DNA of 64,000 nt from Octopus sinensis (GCF_006345805.1 NC_043005.1:16616001-16680000), one strand, 5' to 3'; counted from the stretch's first letter, positions 24,501 to 37,955 are shown. The notes: generated by a model from the sequence alone, not told the origin. Numbers and translations are program-made.

Positions 24501-25089
24501 ATATTTATTGCGTTGTAACGATGCATTGGCTTTTAATGTGCTCATAAACCTTTTAACTTGAGCTCATAAAAACCATGGTTATACGTATCTTATGACTTTA
24601 TATTTCTGAAGCTTATACTTCAGAAATTAGCTTTGAATATTGATCTGACGATTATGAAAACTAGGGCATGAAATTTGATACATAATAAGCACACATTAAA
24701 AATGTCTGATTATCGAAACGTTGATTGGATAACATGGAACTACCGAATTCGGTAACGATACAACTATTGTTCGAAAAACAGAGTGGACTAATAGAGATAA
24801 ATAGACGAAAATCATTAGAGACATATCTGTCTTTTTGGAAAATGTCGAAGTTGAGATTATGATAGGGCCCAGTAAGGATTGATTTAAGCCTTCTTGAGTG
24901 GTTCTTGTACTTATGAAAGGATTTCTCTAGCTCAGATTTCCCTGGGCAAGAAGAAAATCAAGGTGGGTACGGTTGATAAGGCCTGTTCGATGTAGAGGGG
25001 TTGTCAAAATAGTTACCGTTTAATTTGCAGGTTGACTGACACTGTTGTCACCTTATTGAGTTCATCCGCCCTTGTAGCCTCTCTCTTTA

Positions 25090-25122
<33 letters not shown>

Positions 25123-25319
25123 TTGTTTAAGTCATTTGACTGCGACCATGTTGGAGCACCGCCTTTAATCGAGCAAATCGACCCCAGGACTTATTCTTTG
25201 TAAGCCTAGTACTTATTCTATCGGTCTCTTTTGCCGAACCGCTAAGTGACGGGGACGTAAACACTCCAGCATTGGTTTTCAAGTGATGTTGGGGAGAACA
25301 AACACAGACTCACAAACAT

Positions 25320-25353
<34 letters not shown>

Positions 25354-25367
25354 TATAATTATATATC

Positions 25368-25400
<33 letters not shown>

Positions 25401-26621
25401 TATACATGAATATTATTATGGGCATGTATATTTGAGTGTAATTCTATTAGTTCGTTGGTTAGGTTCTTTGATGGATAAATATTAATATTATAATGGCATT
25501 GGATTTATTACGTAGAAAAGATATATATTTATACTATAAAGACTTTCTGTCTTGTCTTGTCTGTTTACACATCCCGGAATATTTCCGTATTTTGACTTCT
25601 TACAATTAATCTCTTATAATTTAATTGCTATAAACCGATGTCAATTTAGTATGTTTCTATGTCTATTGATAGTCAAACAAAAATGTTTAATCTATACTTT
25701 ATAACTTAGCAAATTACGGTGAAATCAGTAAACGTTATGTTATGTAATACTATGACTACTGAAAAAAAAACGGTGGCATATGCTTTATGTACCCTACGAA
25801 AAATTACATTCTATGTCTTGATATATAAATATATATATCTTTATAACAAATATTTTATGGAAATATGTGAGTGGATCTTCTTAGTTAATATAGTGGCATT
25901 GTTGTCGTTTCGGAGAGGCTGGATGGCTGCATAGCTACGATTATACCTCTTTTATTATTTATTTATTTATGTGTTTGACGGTGTTTGTGGATATGTATGT
26001 GTATGAGTGTATGTGTGTGTGTATACATATAATTATGTATGTATGTGCGATTGATCTGTGGATGTGCGTGTGCGTATGTGCGTTTCTTGACTAACTAACC
26101 GTAAAATTTCTTTTGTGATTCAAATTTAAAACTATAAGCCAATCGAATTAATCTAGAATAATCAATATCAAGCGGACAGAATAATCAGACTCATAGATAT
26201 GTAGATGTCCGATTGATATACTTGGTACAGACATGGTTGTATTTATTATTATTATTATTATTATTACTATTATTAATATTAATAGTAATTTTTATTGACT
26301 TTTATAGGTTTATAATTTTATGAACTGAACTGTGTGTTTTTTTATTATTTTTTATGTATAGGTCTAATTTAAATTTAAATGTGAGTGTGCATATATTTTC
26401 CTGTAGGTTAGTTTTGGAACTAGTAGCCCAATTTGTAGAATGACTGTGTTTGTTAATATATATTGATATATTTTGTTTTGTTTATATTGTATTATTGTAT
26501 TAATGAGTATATATATATATATGTGTAGTATTATGAGTGTCTATGCACACGTTTTTATATTTTATATTTTTATATTTATATGTATAAAAAAATTTTTTTT
26601 CACACTTATAATAAATTAAAT

Positions 26622-26732
26622 TCTCTGAAGAGGCCGTGGGGCATCCTTGTTAATGTCTCATTTATACCTGCCTTATATGGCTTATAGGTTAAATGAGACA
26701 TACTTGCCCTTACGGCCGAAACAGCTGTCAGA
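26622..26732 (+). ncRNA. Type I hammerhead ribozyme with extended stem II
   Basis: UCU-CUGAAGA-GGCCGU...ACGGCC-GAAA-CAGCUG-UC-AGA: canonical core, palindromic ACAGCUGU stem III, GUC triplet, 86-nt paired stem II. Confidence 0.8.
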
Positions 26733-26903
26733 TATGATATAATAATATTATATATTTTATATTCTATTTCCTTATCTAATTATATTTACATATATTATGT
26801 ATAATGCCTTTACTGTTATGTAATGGTGTAATAAGTATTGATTGGGTATCATCTGATGGTTGATGTTTGATTGATTTAAGTATGTTTCTCCATTTTCTAA
26901 TTT

Positions 26904-26953
<50 letters not shown>

Positions 26954-26954
26954 T

Positions 26955-27115
26955 ACGACGGCTTCTTTCAGTTTCCGTCTACCAAATCCTCTCACAAGGC
27001 TTTGATTGGCCCGGGGCTATAGCAGAAGACACTTGCCCAAGGTGTCACGCAGTAAGACTGAACCCGGAACCATGTGGTTCGTAAGCAAACTACTTACCAC
27101 ACAGCCACTCCTGCG
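26955..27115 (-). mobile_element. SINE family A, 5' half
   Basis: Homology to 12474-12630. Confidence 0.85.
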
Positions 27116-27564
27116 CGTAGACAAGTTCTTTTCATCTTTGCCTTGTCAGTGTATTCATCTACTTGTTTTTTTGTTTTTTACACATCAGGGGGAAACCCTA
27201 GATTGGTGGTGCCGGTTTAGCCGACGACGGATTAACCATAAAACAGGTAGTGCTGCTTTAAAAGATTACCAGCAGTTGAGCATTTTCAAGTGGTCACACC
27301 CGCACGCAAACACACACACACACAAACACACACACATGCTTGCACACATACATACATACACTCTCACTCTCTCCCACACACACACACACGTCATGTGTTC
27401 GTTCGCGCACACACACGTCTTGCGCGTGTGTGCACACACTCTCACACAACATACGAACACACACGCTCGCACACATACACACACACACGTTCACACGCGA
27501 CACGCATAATGTTATAGAAATCAATTATACAACTACGTACTTTTCGAAATTTATTTACAACGGC

Positions 27565-27575
27565 ACCACCACCAA

Positions 27576-27620
<45 letters not shown>

Positions 27621-27700
27621 CAACAACAGCAACAACAACAATAACAACAACAACAACAACAACAACAACAAGTGCAACAAGAACAGCAACAACAACAACA
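27565..27700. repeat. (CAG)n-(CAA)n trinucleotide tract
   Basis: Direct inspection; the poly-Gln frame contains TAA stops. Confidence 0.9.
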
Positions 27701-28189
27701 AGGCTACCAATGTCGCGTGCAACAACCACAACAGTAACAACAGCGAAAGCACTTCTATCTTCGCCTCGTGCAACCATAAAAATCCCTTATTGGATTAGAC
27801 CCTCTCCTTTTCTCCGTCCCCCTCTCTGTTTATTGTATCCCTCCCTCTCTCTCTCCCTTCCTCCTCACTTTCACTACGATGAAAGCCTCGTTTTCAGGAC
27901 TTATAAATTTCAGGAAAGAACGGATCTAAGTAGTTTAAAACCATTTAAACATCGTAGCTGATACGGGTGCCTATTATACTGCGATATGTTGTACTGTGTG
28001 TGAGCCAGAAGCTTTGCTGAATCTTTTTTTTCCTTGTTCATGTGTATGCGCAGGAGTTTTAAGGTGAAGGTGAAAGCGGAAACAACAGAAATCACCGGTC
28101 CGTATTGCGTGAGAAGAGTTGTGTTTGATGTATTCGTGATTCAAGACACTTCGGTTGTGTGTCTTCCTCTGTGCTACTAACGATGAATG

Positions 28190-28538
28190 GAAGCACTCCG
28201 TCAGTTACGACGATGAGGGTTCCGGTTGATCCGACCGACGGAACGGCCTGCTCGTGAAATTAACGTGTAAGTGGCTGAGCACTCCACAGACACGTGTACC
28301 CTTAACGTAGTTCTCGGGGATATTCAGCGTGACACAGAGAGTGACAAGGCCGGCCCTTTGTGAGAGAAAGTTGTGGTGAAAGAGTACAGCAGGGATCACC
28401 ACCATGTCCTGCCGGAGCCTCGAGGAGCTTTAGGTGTTTTTCGCTCAATAAACACTCACAACGCCCGGTCTGGGAATCGAAACCGCGATCCTACGACCGC
28501 GAATCCGCTGCCCTAACCACTGGGCCATTGCGCCTCCA
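28190..28538 (-). mobile_element. tRNA-derived SINE family C, full length
   Basis: Head shared with 15432-15600; 3' part shared with 50145-50290. Confidence 0.85.
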
Positions 28539-28737
28539 CTTAATTGGATTACATTTATAGGATGGCTGTCGGAGCCACGAGCTGGTGAGAGTCCTCCACC
28601 TGGATCTACAAGGAGAATAAAATCCATAAAGATGTATATGCCGAGTAAAATTAGTCATCACCACTAGAGGCGCCACATTACAAGGTTCTTTATCTCTTTC
28701 TGTCAATTTATGTTGGCCACGATGACAGATATATTAC

Positions 28738-28925
28738 ATAGGCGTAGGAGTGGCTGTGTGGCAAGTAGCTTGCTTACGAACCACATGGTTCCGGGTTCAG
28801 TCCCACTGCGTGGCACCTTGGGCAAGTGTCTTCTACTATAGCCTCGGGCCGACCAAAGCCTTGTGAGTGGATTTGGTAGACGGAAACTGAAAGAAGCCCG
28901 TCGTATATATGTATAAATATATATA

Positions 28926-28977
<52 letters not shown>

Positions 28978-29235
28978 GTGGTGTGTGTGTGTGTGTTGTG
29001 TGTGTGTGTGTTGTGTGTGTATGTTTGTGCGTCTGTGTTTGTCCCCCCAACATCGCTTGACAGCCGATGCTGGTGTGTTTACGTCCCCGTAACCTAGCGG
29101 TTCGGCAAAAGAGACCGATAGAATAAGTACTAGGCTTACAAAAGAATAAGTCCTGGGGTCGATTTGCTCGACTAAAAGGTGGTGCTCCAGCATGGCCACA
29201 GTCAAATGACTGAAACAAGTAAAAGAGTAAAAAGA
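28738..29235 (+). mobile_element. SINE family A, full length, expanded internal microsatellite
   Basis: Homology to 12474-12852 with ~120 bp internal (TA)/(TG). Confidence 0.9.
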
Positions 29236-30979
29236 GAGAGAGAGAGTATATATCTTTGATTATAGGATTTGTCTTTCAAAACGAAAAATACTTATAGGAT
29301 AGATAAGAGCAAACTAACATGTAATGTTTTTTTCTTTTCTTAAACTTTGAATAGTTACTGTTGATGTTGATATTGTAAATCAGCAGATAAATTATAAAAT
29401 CAGTAAATACAGATTTTCAGGCTGTAATCATCTTGTCTTTATTTTATATTCTAAAACATTAGATAACATTCGTTATCTAATGTCTTTCTTTTTCGAAAAT
29501 GACATATTTATATGATTTGAAGAAGATTTGGTTGATTTTTCTTGCAATTTGAGCTAACAAGAAATATTTCCTCGCTGCCTGGGTAAAAGTTCCTTGGGTA
29601 AATAGTTCCTCATTGGTGGGGTAGGAGTCAGTTATATACTGGATACAGGGTTTTCTATTAGCTGGATCGAGGCTTTCCTAACGTTGAAAGTTAGTTAAGG
29701 GTTGGCAGTTAGCGCCAGTACGTTGGTGTTGAGAGCATAAGTCATAAAAATCGAATCCCTCTACCGAATAGTATTCTGGCCCAACATACGCAGCAATCCC
29801 TAACGACATGGTATATTTTGTTTCTTCTGATACCTAATGTACCAATGGAGAATAAATTGTTCTATTCAGAAACACGGTGAAACATCTGGTGTAGATAACA
29901 ACCCGCAACCTGTGACTAAGCCGTACACTCAGTTATTTTGTCTATTTAGTCAGAAGAAGGGAGATACCCATGATTCCTCTCAGAGACTTCGAGATTGGTG
30001 GGAGGAAGAAGGAAGTAAGTCATCCTCAGATCTGGAGATCTGTTTCAAATGCTTGCAAAATCAGAGACAACGGAGAGATGTTCCCACTGGATCTGGTCGA
30101 GGAGGAACATAAACGACCTCCACACCGTTTGAAGGCAATATTTTTTGTATTTTAACGCTATCACAGTACGTCACCGTGATAGCGTTGACGTTTCACTGCT
30201 ACCATGGTAACCAACGTTATTTCTTCTTTAAGTATAAGTCTGAAAGCTGAGTCAACGGAATTGAATTGCAACTAGATGAAGTCTCCAGACGGTTTAAATA
30301 CACGAGTCTCCGATATCCAAGTGGCTAAAACGTGTCAGCAGAAGGGCACCCAGGAGTTATGACCCAGATGCAACCCGGTCTCCAATTAGGGTGTAAGAAG
30401 TTAAGAGTCGAAACACTTGCCTGAAGAGGGGTTTCTTCTCTAAAGACCTTCTGCTGTTCAACTCTCTTGAGAGTTTCTTATCACTGCTAAAGTCAACCTA
30501 GTGCTCAATACCTAGCGCTCAATACCTAGCGCTCAACCTAGCGCTCAATGTATAAACCAAGCGAAAGATGAGGCATATTACTCAGCAATAGGAATAGTCT
30601 CTCCAACGGGATTACACGCGGTTTATATGTAACAAATTTCACTTACAAGTATTCAGTCGATTTAATGCTATAACAGAAGACACGATTGTGGGTGGGAGCG
30701 CTGAGGGTATCATGAAGCCATGAGTGGCCCAGAAAGTTTGAGAACCTCTGACTTAGAAGCTTTCCTACTGTTGTTTTACATAATCCATATATGCTTTACT
30801 TTCAGTTCTATTTTTGAGAGATAAGGAATTTTACATTTGACGGATATTTGTCCTCATCTTGTTCCCACAACTTTTCAGCTGATGTATTCTCCAGCCTTCA
30901 CCGGGGGGAGGGGATTGAACCTAGAACCATAGAGTTACAAAGCGAAATTCTTAGCTATATAGATATGACAGCACCCATA

Positions 30980-31380
30980 TCTTTATATATAAAAGTGAAG
31001 TTGTGTGTCTGTCTCCTACGATTTAGATTCCTAACTACTCCCACATTTTGCGGTGCAGTTTAACCAAAAGCGGGTATCTTATAGTCGTGATTCATATCGA
31101 GCCCTTCTGGGTATTAGCGCGCGTCTACGATGAGTCTACGATTTAAAAAAAAAATTACCATCATTTTTTCCCATTTTTAATGCATTTTTTTTGCTATTAT
31201 ATAAGGAAAGTAACTCTCTAAAAATGTATTATTAAATCTCAGAACGTAAAAAGCTACAGTAACCCCCCCCCCCCCTTTGTGGTTAGCCATATTGAGATGG
31301 CTATTATACTTTACATCTCTAAAAATGCTTATATAGTTATTTCCCTTACAAACCCGAGCAACGCCGGGCGATACTGCTAG
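30980..31380 (+). mobile_element. Non-autonomous Helitron
   Basis: A|TC 5' end, subterminal hairpin CCCGAGCAACGCCGGG, CTAG|T 3' end, no TSD; second copy at 47753-48137. Confidence 0.9.
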
Positions 31381-31909
31381 TCTCATATAAATATGATCAA
31401 AATTGTTATTTTACATTGAATATAAAGAAGGTTTTATATAAGAAGCCCAGCTCCTGCCATGCTGTTGCATTGAGTGTGGATATAGTACGAAGCCAACAGA
31501 TTTTGGTGTTTATACATGCTGGTTTATTATATACGCTGTATGCGTTTTGTCGTGTGTTCACAAAACACAGTTCCACACATTTCAAATCCTCAAACGTTGA
31601 GAAAAAACTTCAGATCATTTGGGAATGTCTGCTACGTTAGATTGCCACCGTATTCAGGAGTGACAGTCGTAAAACTGACTGTCGTAAAACCGGCGCAAAA
31701 AAGACAGCTTTAAAACCCTTTGAAGAGGCCGCTGTTTGACTTTGTTACTGTTACATTATCCCGGCTCCCCAATTGGGTATTTTAGCAATATTTAATGTAT
31801 GTAAAGTATACGGAAGTGATATGAGGAAAATTATGAGAATCAATATTGATATACATAATGGTGTGAATGGTTCTTTGACTTGGTTTTTCTGAAAGGAAAG
31901 ATGGAGAGA

Positions 31910-32273
31910 GGGTAGAGAGAGGGGGAGAGAGAAATGATTCAGTGAGAGAGAGAAAGGAGGAACGAGGAGAGAATTATTGGATCAGAGGGAGAGTGTGTGC
32001 ATGATCCAGGGAAAGAGAGATAAAAGACACATTCAGTAAGAGAGAGAGAAAGGGGGACAGTGAGAATCGACGGCAACGAGAAAGACAGTGGCAGATAAAG
32101 AGAGGGGGGAGAGAGAGAAGAGGGAGAGAGACAAAGAGAGAAGGAGAGAGTGGTCCAACAAGAGAGAGACAGTGAGAGACGGACGGACAGACAGACAGAC
32201 AAACAGACAGGCACACAAGCAGAGTCAGACAGGCCGACAGACAGACGGACGGACAGACAGAGAGTGAGAGACA

Positions 32274-32308
<35 letters not shown>

Positions 32309-32790
32309 TCAACTAGAGAGGGAGGATAAAACGAGTGAGTGAATGAGTGAGCGATTGAAGGTGATTGAGTGCAGTGAGTGAGTGAGTGAGTGAGTGAGTG
32401 AGTGCGATTGAGTGAGTGAGTGAGTGAGTGAGATTGAGTGAGTGATTGAGTGAGTGCGATTGAGTGAGTGAGTGAGTGTGATTGAGTGAGTGAGTGAGTG
32501 AGTGAGTGAGTGAGTGAGTGTGATTGAGTGAGTGAGTGAGTGTGATTGAGTGAGTGAGTGAGTGAGATTGAGTGAGTGATTTAGTGAATGAGTGAGTGTG
32601 ATTGAGTGACTGAGTGAGTGAGTGAGTGAGCGAGAGAGTAGGTGTAAGTGAGTGAGTGAGTGTAAGTAAGTAAGTAAGTGAGTGAGTGAGTGAGTGAGTG
32701 AGTGAGTGAGTAAGTAAGTAAGTGAGTGAGTGAGTGAGTGAGTGAGTCAGTCAGTCAGTCAGTCAGTCAATGAGACTGAGTGGGGGAAGA
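31910..32790. repeat. GA/GACA tract followed by a ~440-bp (GAGT)n array with AAGT, CAGT and GATT variants
   Basis: Direct inspection. Confidence 0.95.
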
Positions 32791-33373
32791 GGTTAGTTTA
32801 GTACACTATTTTCAAAGATGATGGAATCTTCAGTGTGGAAGAGAGAAAGAGAGAGAGAGAGAGGAAGAGAGGGAGGGAGGTAGTGAGTGGTGGTGGTGGT
32901 GGTAGGGGGGGGGCGAGTAATATCTTTATTTCATTTCCTGCTATTTGTTGATTTAATTATGGAACCTTTGGTACATTAATACAACTTTGCTTTATTTCTG
33001 CTGTCGATAATATATTTAAGATTTCGTATTTTTAGCATTACAACAGCGCTTCCTATTTGGAAATACAATATTAATGTCCGATGAAGCAAAAAAAAAAAAA
33101 AAAAGTCATATAGACGCAAAGAAAAACACTTTATTTTCGACCCCCAACTAAGAATATATTTTTATTATTAAAAATAGCTCCCTAGGCTGGAACTTGTGTT
33201 CCATCTGAGCAACCTCGGCAGAAATCTGATAATGTACCGAACAGATGTTTAATTCACTGCTTCTGACATAAGATCTTGTGTAAAGGTTTCCCCCTAACAT
33301 ATGTATATGTCTTTCATTTTTGTTGTTGAAAGGTTTATTATTTTTATTTTCGTACTCCCAGTATGTATGCACT

Positions 33374-33406
<33 letters not shown>

Positions 33407-33584
33407 ACACCCTTATTCATGTTCTTTTAGTTGTTTAAGGCATTGGACTGTGGCCATACTGGGACACCACCTTGAAGGGTTTACACCTGTATTTCTCAGT
33501 CATTTTTTTTTATCAGTAGACCCCTTTTATTACTATATTATTCTAATCCCCTCCCCCAAAGACATTCAGTTTTTTAAAAAACCA

Positions 33585-33870
33585 TAGGCATAGGAGTGGC
33601 TGTGTGGTAAGTAGCTTGCTTACGAACCACATGGTTCCGTGTTCATTCCCACTGCGTGGCACCTTGGGTAAGTGTCTTCTACTATAGCCTCGGGCCGACC
33701 AAAGTCTTGTGAGTGGATTTGGTAGACGGAAACTGAAAGAAGCCCATCGTATATATGTATATATATATGTGTATGTATGTGTATGTGTATGTATATGCTT
33801 GTGTGTCTGTGTTTGTCCCTCCCCGCAACATCGCTTGACAACCGATGTTGGTGTGTTTACGTCCCCGTAA
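33585..33870 (+). mobile_element. SINE family A, 3'-truncated and fused to an H3 tail
   Basis: SINE A sequence stops at gtccccgtaa and continues directly into family H3 sequence. Confidence 0.8.
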
Positions 33871-34005
33871 TCTGGAACTCGACTGAGGAAAGGAAACTCC
33901 GAATGACTCGTCCTTGTTTTCTTTGTATCGTCTATCTGGATGTTTTGTTGTCCCTTTTTTGTATTATCTAACTGTCTTGATGTTTTGCGTTCTTGTTCTA
34001 TTTTG
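33871..34005 (+). mobile_element. Family H3 3' end with hammerhead-like motif
   Basis: Homologous to 23930-24070(-); ends at (TA)n. Confidence 0.6.
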
Positions 34006-34927
34006 TATTATATATATATATATTTTGAAAAAATGAGTAGATATGGCTTTTTGTGGGGATAATTTTTATTTTAATAACAATGTTTACAATGAGTTACTCT
34101 GATTATGAGTTTCAAGTTTCAAATAGCCGTTTTAAAACTGAAAAATGTATGTTTTACTGGTTGCTTAAATAGCAAAACAAAAAGGAAGAAAAATGCATGC
34201 GTGAGTGTACAATAATATTACGTAAAGATATGTACAGGAGACATGTGAGCTGGATTTGTTATTTATAACATCGATACAGCCCTCCATCCACCCCGAATGA
34301 AGATGATAGCTATGACCAAACGACCGAAAACTCATAAAGACTTGCAGTCGCAACTCTTAGTAATCTAATATAACTTCACACAACGTGATGTCACACATTT
34401 TGACCAAAAGTTTATAGCAAAAGTAGAAAACAAGTTCAAGATTTAACGTTCTTTACAAATTATAGAGTAAATGAACTTTAAAGAAAAAAACCAGGTGTAT
34501 AGATTCTATTCACTATTAAGTTAGTTGACTGTTAGTTGACTGTAGCAGAGAAATCTAGGACAGAAAGGCTATATCTAAGACTTCATACATTAGTTGTTAT
34601 CCAAAGAATGTATTGGGTGTCATTTGTGATTTTCTTGACTCTTCTTTCGTGAAGGCATTCACGATAGCAGGATTGTCATGTTCGAGCTCTTTGTTAGGAT
34701 CATTCTGAGAAAACTGGTCATTCTGAGAAAACCGGTCATTCTGAATAGGTTATTCCTATAATCTTGGCGATGCTTTCGTCTTTATATTTGGTTTGCAAAA
34801 TTCATGACTGATGTGAACTCGTGTGTTGAAACAGATTTTGTTGTATTTTGGGGTGAGTCATTAGGCCAATGATAAACACACGCTCTGGTTCTATTTCACT
34901 TCTTTTATTATTACTGGTTAACTAATA

Positions 34928-35215
34928 ACGGTGAGCTGGCAGAATTTTTAGCACGTAGGACGCCATGCTTAGCGGCATTTCATCCAACTTTTTACGGTCT
35001 GGGTTCAAATTTCACCGAGGTCAGCTTTACCTTTCGACGGGGTAGATAAAATAAATACCTATTTCTTTACTACTCACAAGGGGCTAAACAGAGAGGACAA
35101 ACAAGGACAGACAAACGGATTAAGTCGATTATATCGACTCCAGTGCGTAACTGGTACTTAATTTATCGACCCCGAAAGAATGAAAGGCAAAGTCGACCTC
35201 GGCGGAATTTGAACA
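34928..35215. mobile_element. Two SINE B copies, tail-to-tail/nested
   Basis: Old plus copy at 34928-35060 is joined at aaatacc to a younger minus copy at 35060-35215. Confidence 0.8.
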
Positions 35216-35995
35216 CATAATAACGCGAGGCGACCATCTGACCACTGGGTGCGATATATTCGATCTTCACTCGTATCAAAATTTGAAACAACTATTATCA
35301 GCCAGTTAATTAATCACTTAACCAATTAACTAATCGATTGTTTCATTAATTGTTCGGCCAATTAATCAATCAGCTAGGTTCGTCCAGAGTCCCTTCGTCG
35401 TCTTTCGCGACCTCGTTGATGACATGTCCGCTTTGTTACGACTTCAGCATTCAGCAGTAAGAATTCGTTGAAGCGTTACTAGTTAAGGGTATTCAGGTTC
35501 AATTCTGGATTTGTCACTATGTCAAAAATTCCTGCTGTTCTTCGAGGACGTTTCACTTTTGTGAATTTATTTATCTATTTCAATATCCTCAGCAGTTAAT
35601 ACTAAAGTTGTGCATTCTGCAGTCATATCGGAAATAATAGAATTAAAGCTGTCGACGATTTTGACAGCAGTAATATTAGTATGAGAGATATGTGTGCGTG
35701 AGTGTGCGCGCGCGTGGGTACTCACACACGCACACACACACACACATACACACACACACGCACACACACACACACTTACACATAAGCACATTAGCACTCT
35801 AACACTGAGCCAATTTGTCGCCTAGAGTGATTCAGCAGTTATGTGTGTGTGTGTATAAGCATACATACACACACACACGCACACAGAGACACACACATAT
35901 ATATATATATACACACACATACCCACACACACTCACACATGCATACACAGACTTAATACATATACATGCATACAAACACACGCGCACACCACACA

Positions 35996-36032
<37 letters not shown>

Positions 36033-36681
36033 AGCTTTCGATGTGAATAGAAAAAAATACATGTGTTTATAAATGAATGGCATGGAATGGCTTAGCCACA
36101 TAATAGGTTTTTACCTGTGTGTTTTCTCTTTTGTCCTGTTTTTTTTTTTCCGTTTTTACTTTGAATGTTTTTTTTGTATATATAGTCTATTATTAAACAA
36201 TTATGAAAGAAAACAAAAAACAAAATGGAGTCCGTTGAATGTTACAATATAAAACTATAAACAATGTAGAAATACCATGTGGCTTTCGTACATGCGTCTA
36301 TATGTCGGTATGCAGGTATGTAGATGATATATATATACGAATGTGTATAAATATGATTCACGTAACACCTACATACTCGCATGATTCTTGATATTTCTGT
36401 GTATCCGTTTGACAAGTCTATACTTAATAAAACCTCATGACTGTCTTTCTTCGAAGCAAGGCAAACGCACAGTTTTTATTAATTTTAGGTACGTTTTACT
36501 CTTTTTTTTTGTTTTTGTTTGTTTGTTTGTTTGTTTGTTATGCTGTTGATAAGCATTGTAGAATGTGTCAACAAGTTTTAAGAATTTCAACGGGCTGAAA
36601 CGGCTGACACGTCTCACTCCCAATGTCTTCTTAGTTTGGTATATGTATGTGTGTGTGCGTGTATATATATGTATATATATA

Positions 36682-36727
<46 letters not shown>

Positions 36728-36927
36728 GCGCGTGTGTGTGTGTGCACGTGTGTATATGTTACGTACGCATATATATAAAATACAAAATGGGACAAAAAAC
36801 ATCAGGTGTATGCATGTACGTATGTATGTATGTGTGTATGTATGTATAGATAGATAGATAGATATGTGTATATAACATACATATATATATACATATACAT
36901 ATGTATGGGTATATATACATATGTATG

Positions 36928-36982
<55 letters not shown>

Positions 36983-37276
36983 CTGTTTTTAAATTCCCTC
37001 TATTTACATAATATTGAGTCTTTTTTTCTTTCGTTTGTTATCTTACCGTTTTTACCAATATATATATATATATTACATACATATAAGAGTGAATTTTACT
37101 GCTCTGTGGAAAACCTTATGCTAGAAGAAGATCCGCTATGGTCTTAACCACTAAGAATTGTTCTCTAGAAAATTTAGCAAACACCAGAAACGTAAGCGAG
37201 CAAGACAAATGAAAAGTAACAAAAATATAGATTAATCATAAACACATGTTTCACTATCAACAAATTACGTAATTTT

Positions 37277-37673
37277 ACTTACATAATTTATCTTTAGATC
37301 TTCAGTATGATCGTCTTTACAAATATAATTTGAAGAACTACACGCCAGACATCAATACGAGGTCGAAAATGCATGCAGTTCTACCTATTACACTTATGGT
37401 TATTTTTCAAAAGTCTTCGCTTTGGCACGCTAAATTACCGGAAATAACACTGCATAAAATAATTCATTGCAGTAGCCTTTGCCGGTTTGAGAGCGTATTA
37501 ATTTATAATTAAAATTAAAATTAGGGTGAAAAATTGGATATTAATTTGATAACATCAATTTTAACACCAGTGGTCTAGGATATAAAAAAAAACTGAGGTT
37601 CTGGCGTGTAGGTCTGCAAATTATATTCGTATAGACGATCATACTGAAGAGCTACAGATAAATTATGTAAGTA
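37277..37673. mobile_element. MITE with ~70-bp TIRs interrupting an RLE-LINE fragment
   Basis: tacttacataatttatct...ctacacgccaga pairs with tctggcgtgtag...agataaattatgtaagta. Confidence 0.8.
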
Positions 37674-37835
37674 ATTCGAGCTGTTCCAAGCAGTGCTGTT
37701 TTCTGCAAGTGCTCCACCCTTATTGCAGCCCCTATTTGTTCCAAGTACTTCTCAAGATTTTTACTCACTGTTCCTAGGGCTCTGACAATTATTGGTATTA
37801 CTACCTTCTTTTTCATCGACCACAAATGCTTAATC
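37674..37835 (-). mobile_element. RLE-type non-LTR retrotransposon C-terminal fragment
   Basis: KHLWSMKKKVVIPIIVRALGTVSKNLEKYLEQIG...LQKTALLGTARI, the typical end of R2/R4/NeSL-type ORFs. Confidence 0.75.
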
Positions 37836-37837
37836 TC

Positions 37838-37955
37838 CCAAAGAATGAAAAGCAAAGTCGACCTCGGCGGAATTTGAACTCAGAGCGTAGCGACAGACGA
37901 AATATCGCTAAGCATTTCTCCCGACGTGCTAACGAATTCTGCCAGGTCACCACCT
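37838..37955 (-). mobile_element. SINE family B, 5' part
   Basis: Homology to the B head. Confidence 0.8.

Noticed and set aside
24640-24730. CTGACGA ... GAAACGTT spacing resembling a hammerhead
   Set aside because: Neither stem I nor stem II can pair.
28460-28538. tRNA-like sequence
   Set aside because: It is the head of SINE C, continuous with the SINE body; no complete acceptor stem.
28703-29218. Recurrent ORFs such as MFQSFDCGHAGAPP / EAIVEDTCPRCHAVGLNPEP
   Set aside because: Read-through of SINE A; the same peptide recurs at each copy and is not a gene family.
30497-30549. Four copies of a 14-bp unit (CCTAGCGCTCAATA)
   Set aside because: Local slippage minisatellite with no spacers and no other copies seen.
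35540-35596. Minus-strand CTGAGGA ... GAAACGTC
   Set aside because: No stem II and only one stem I pair; likely chance.
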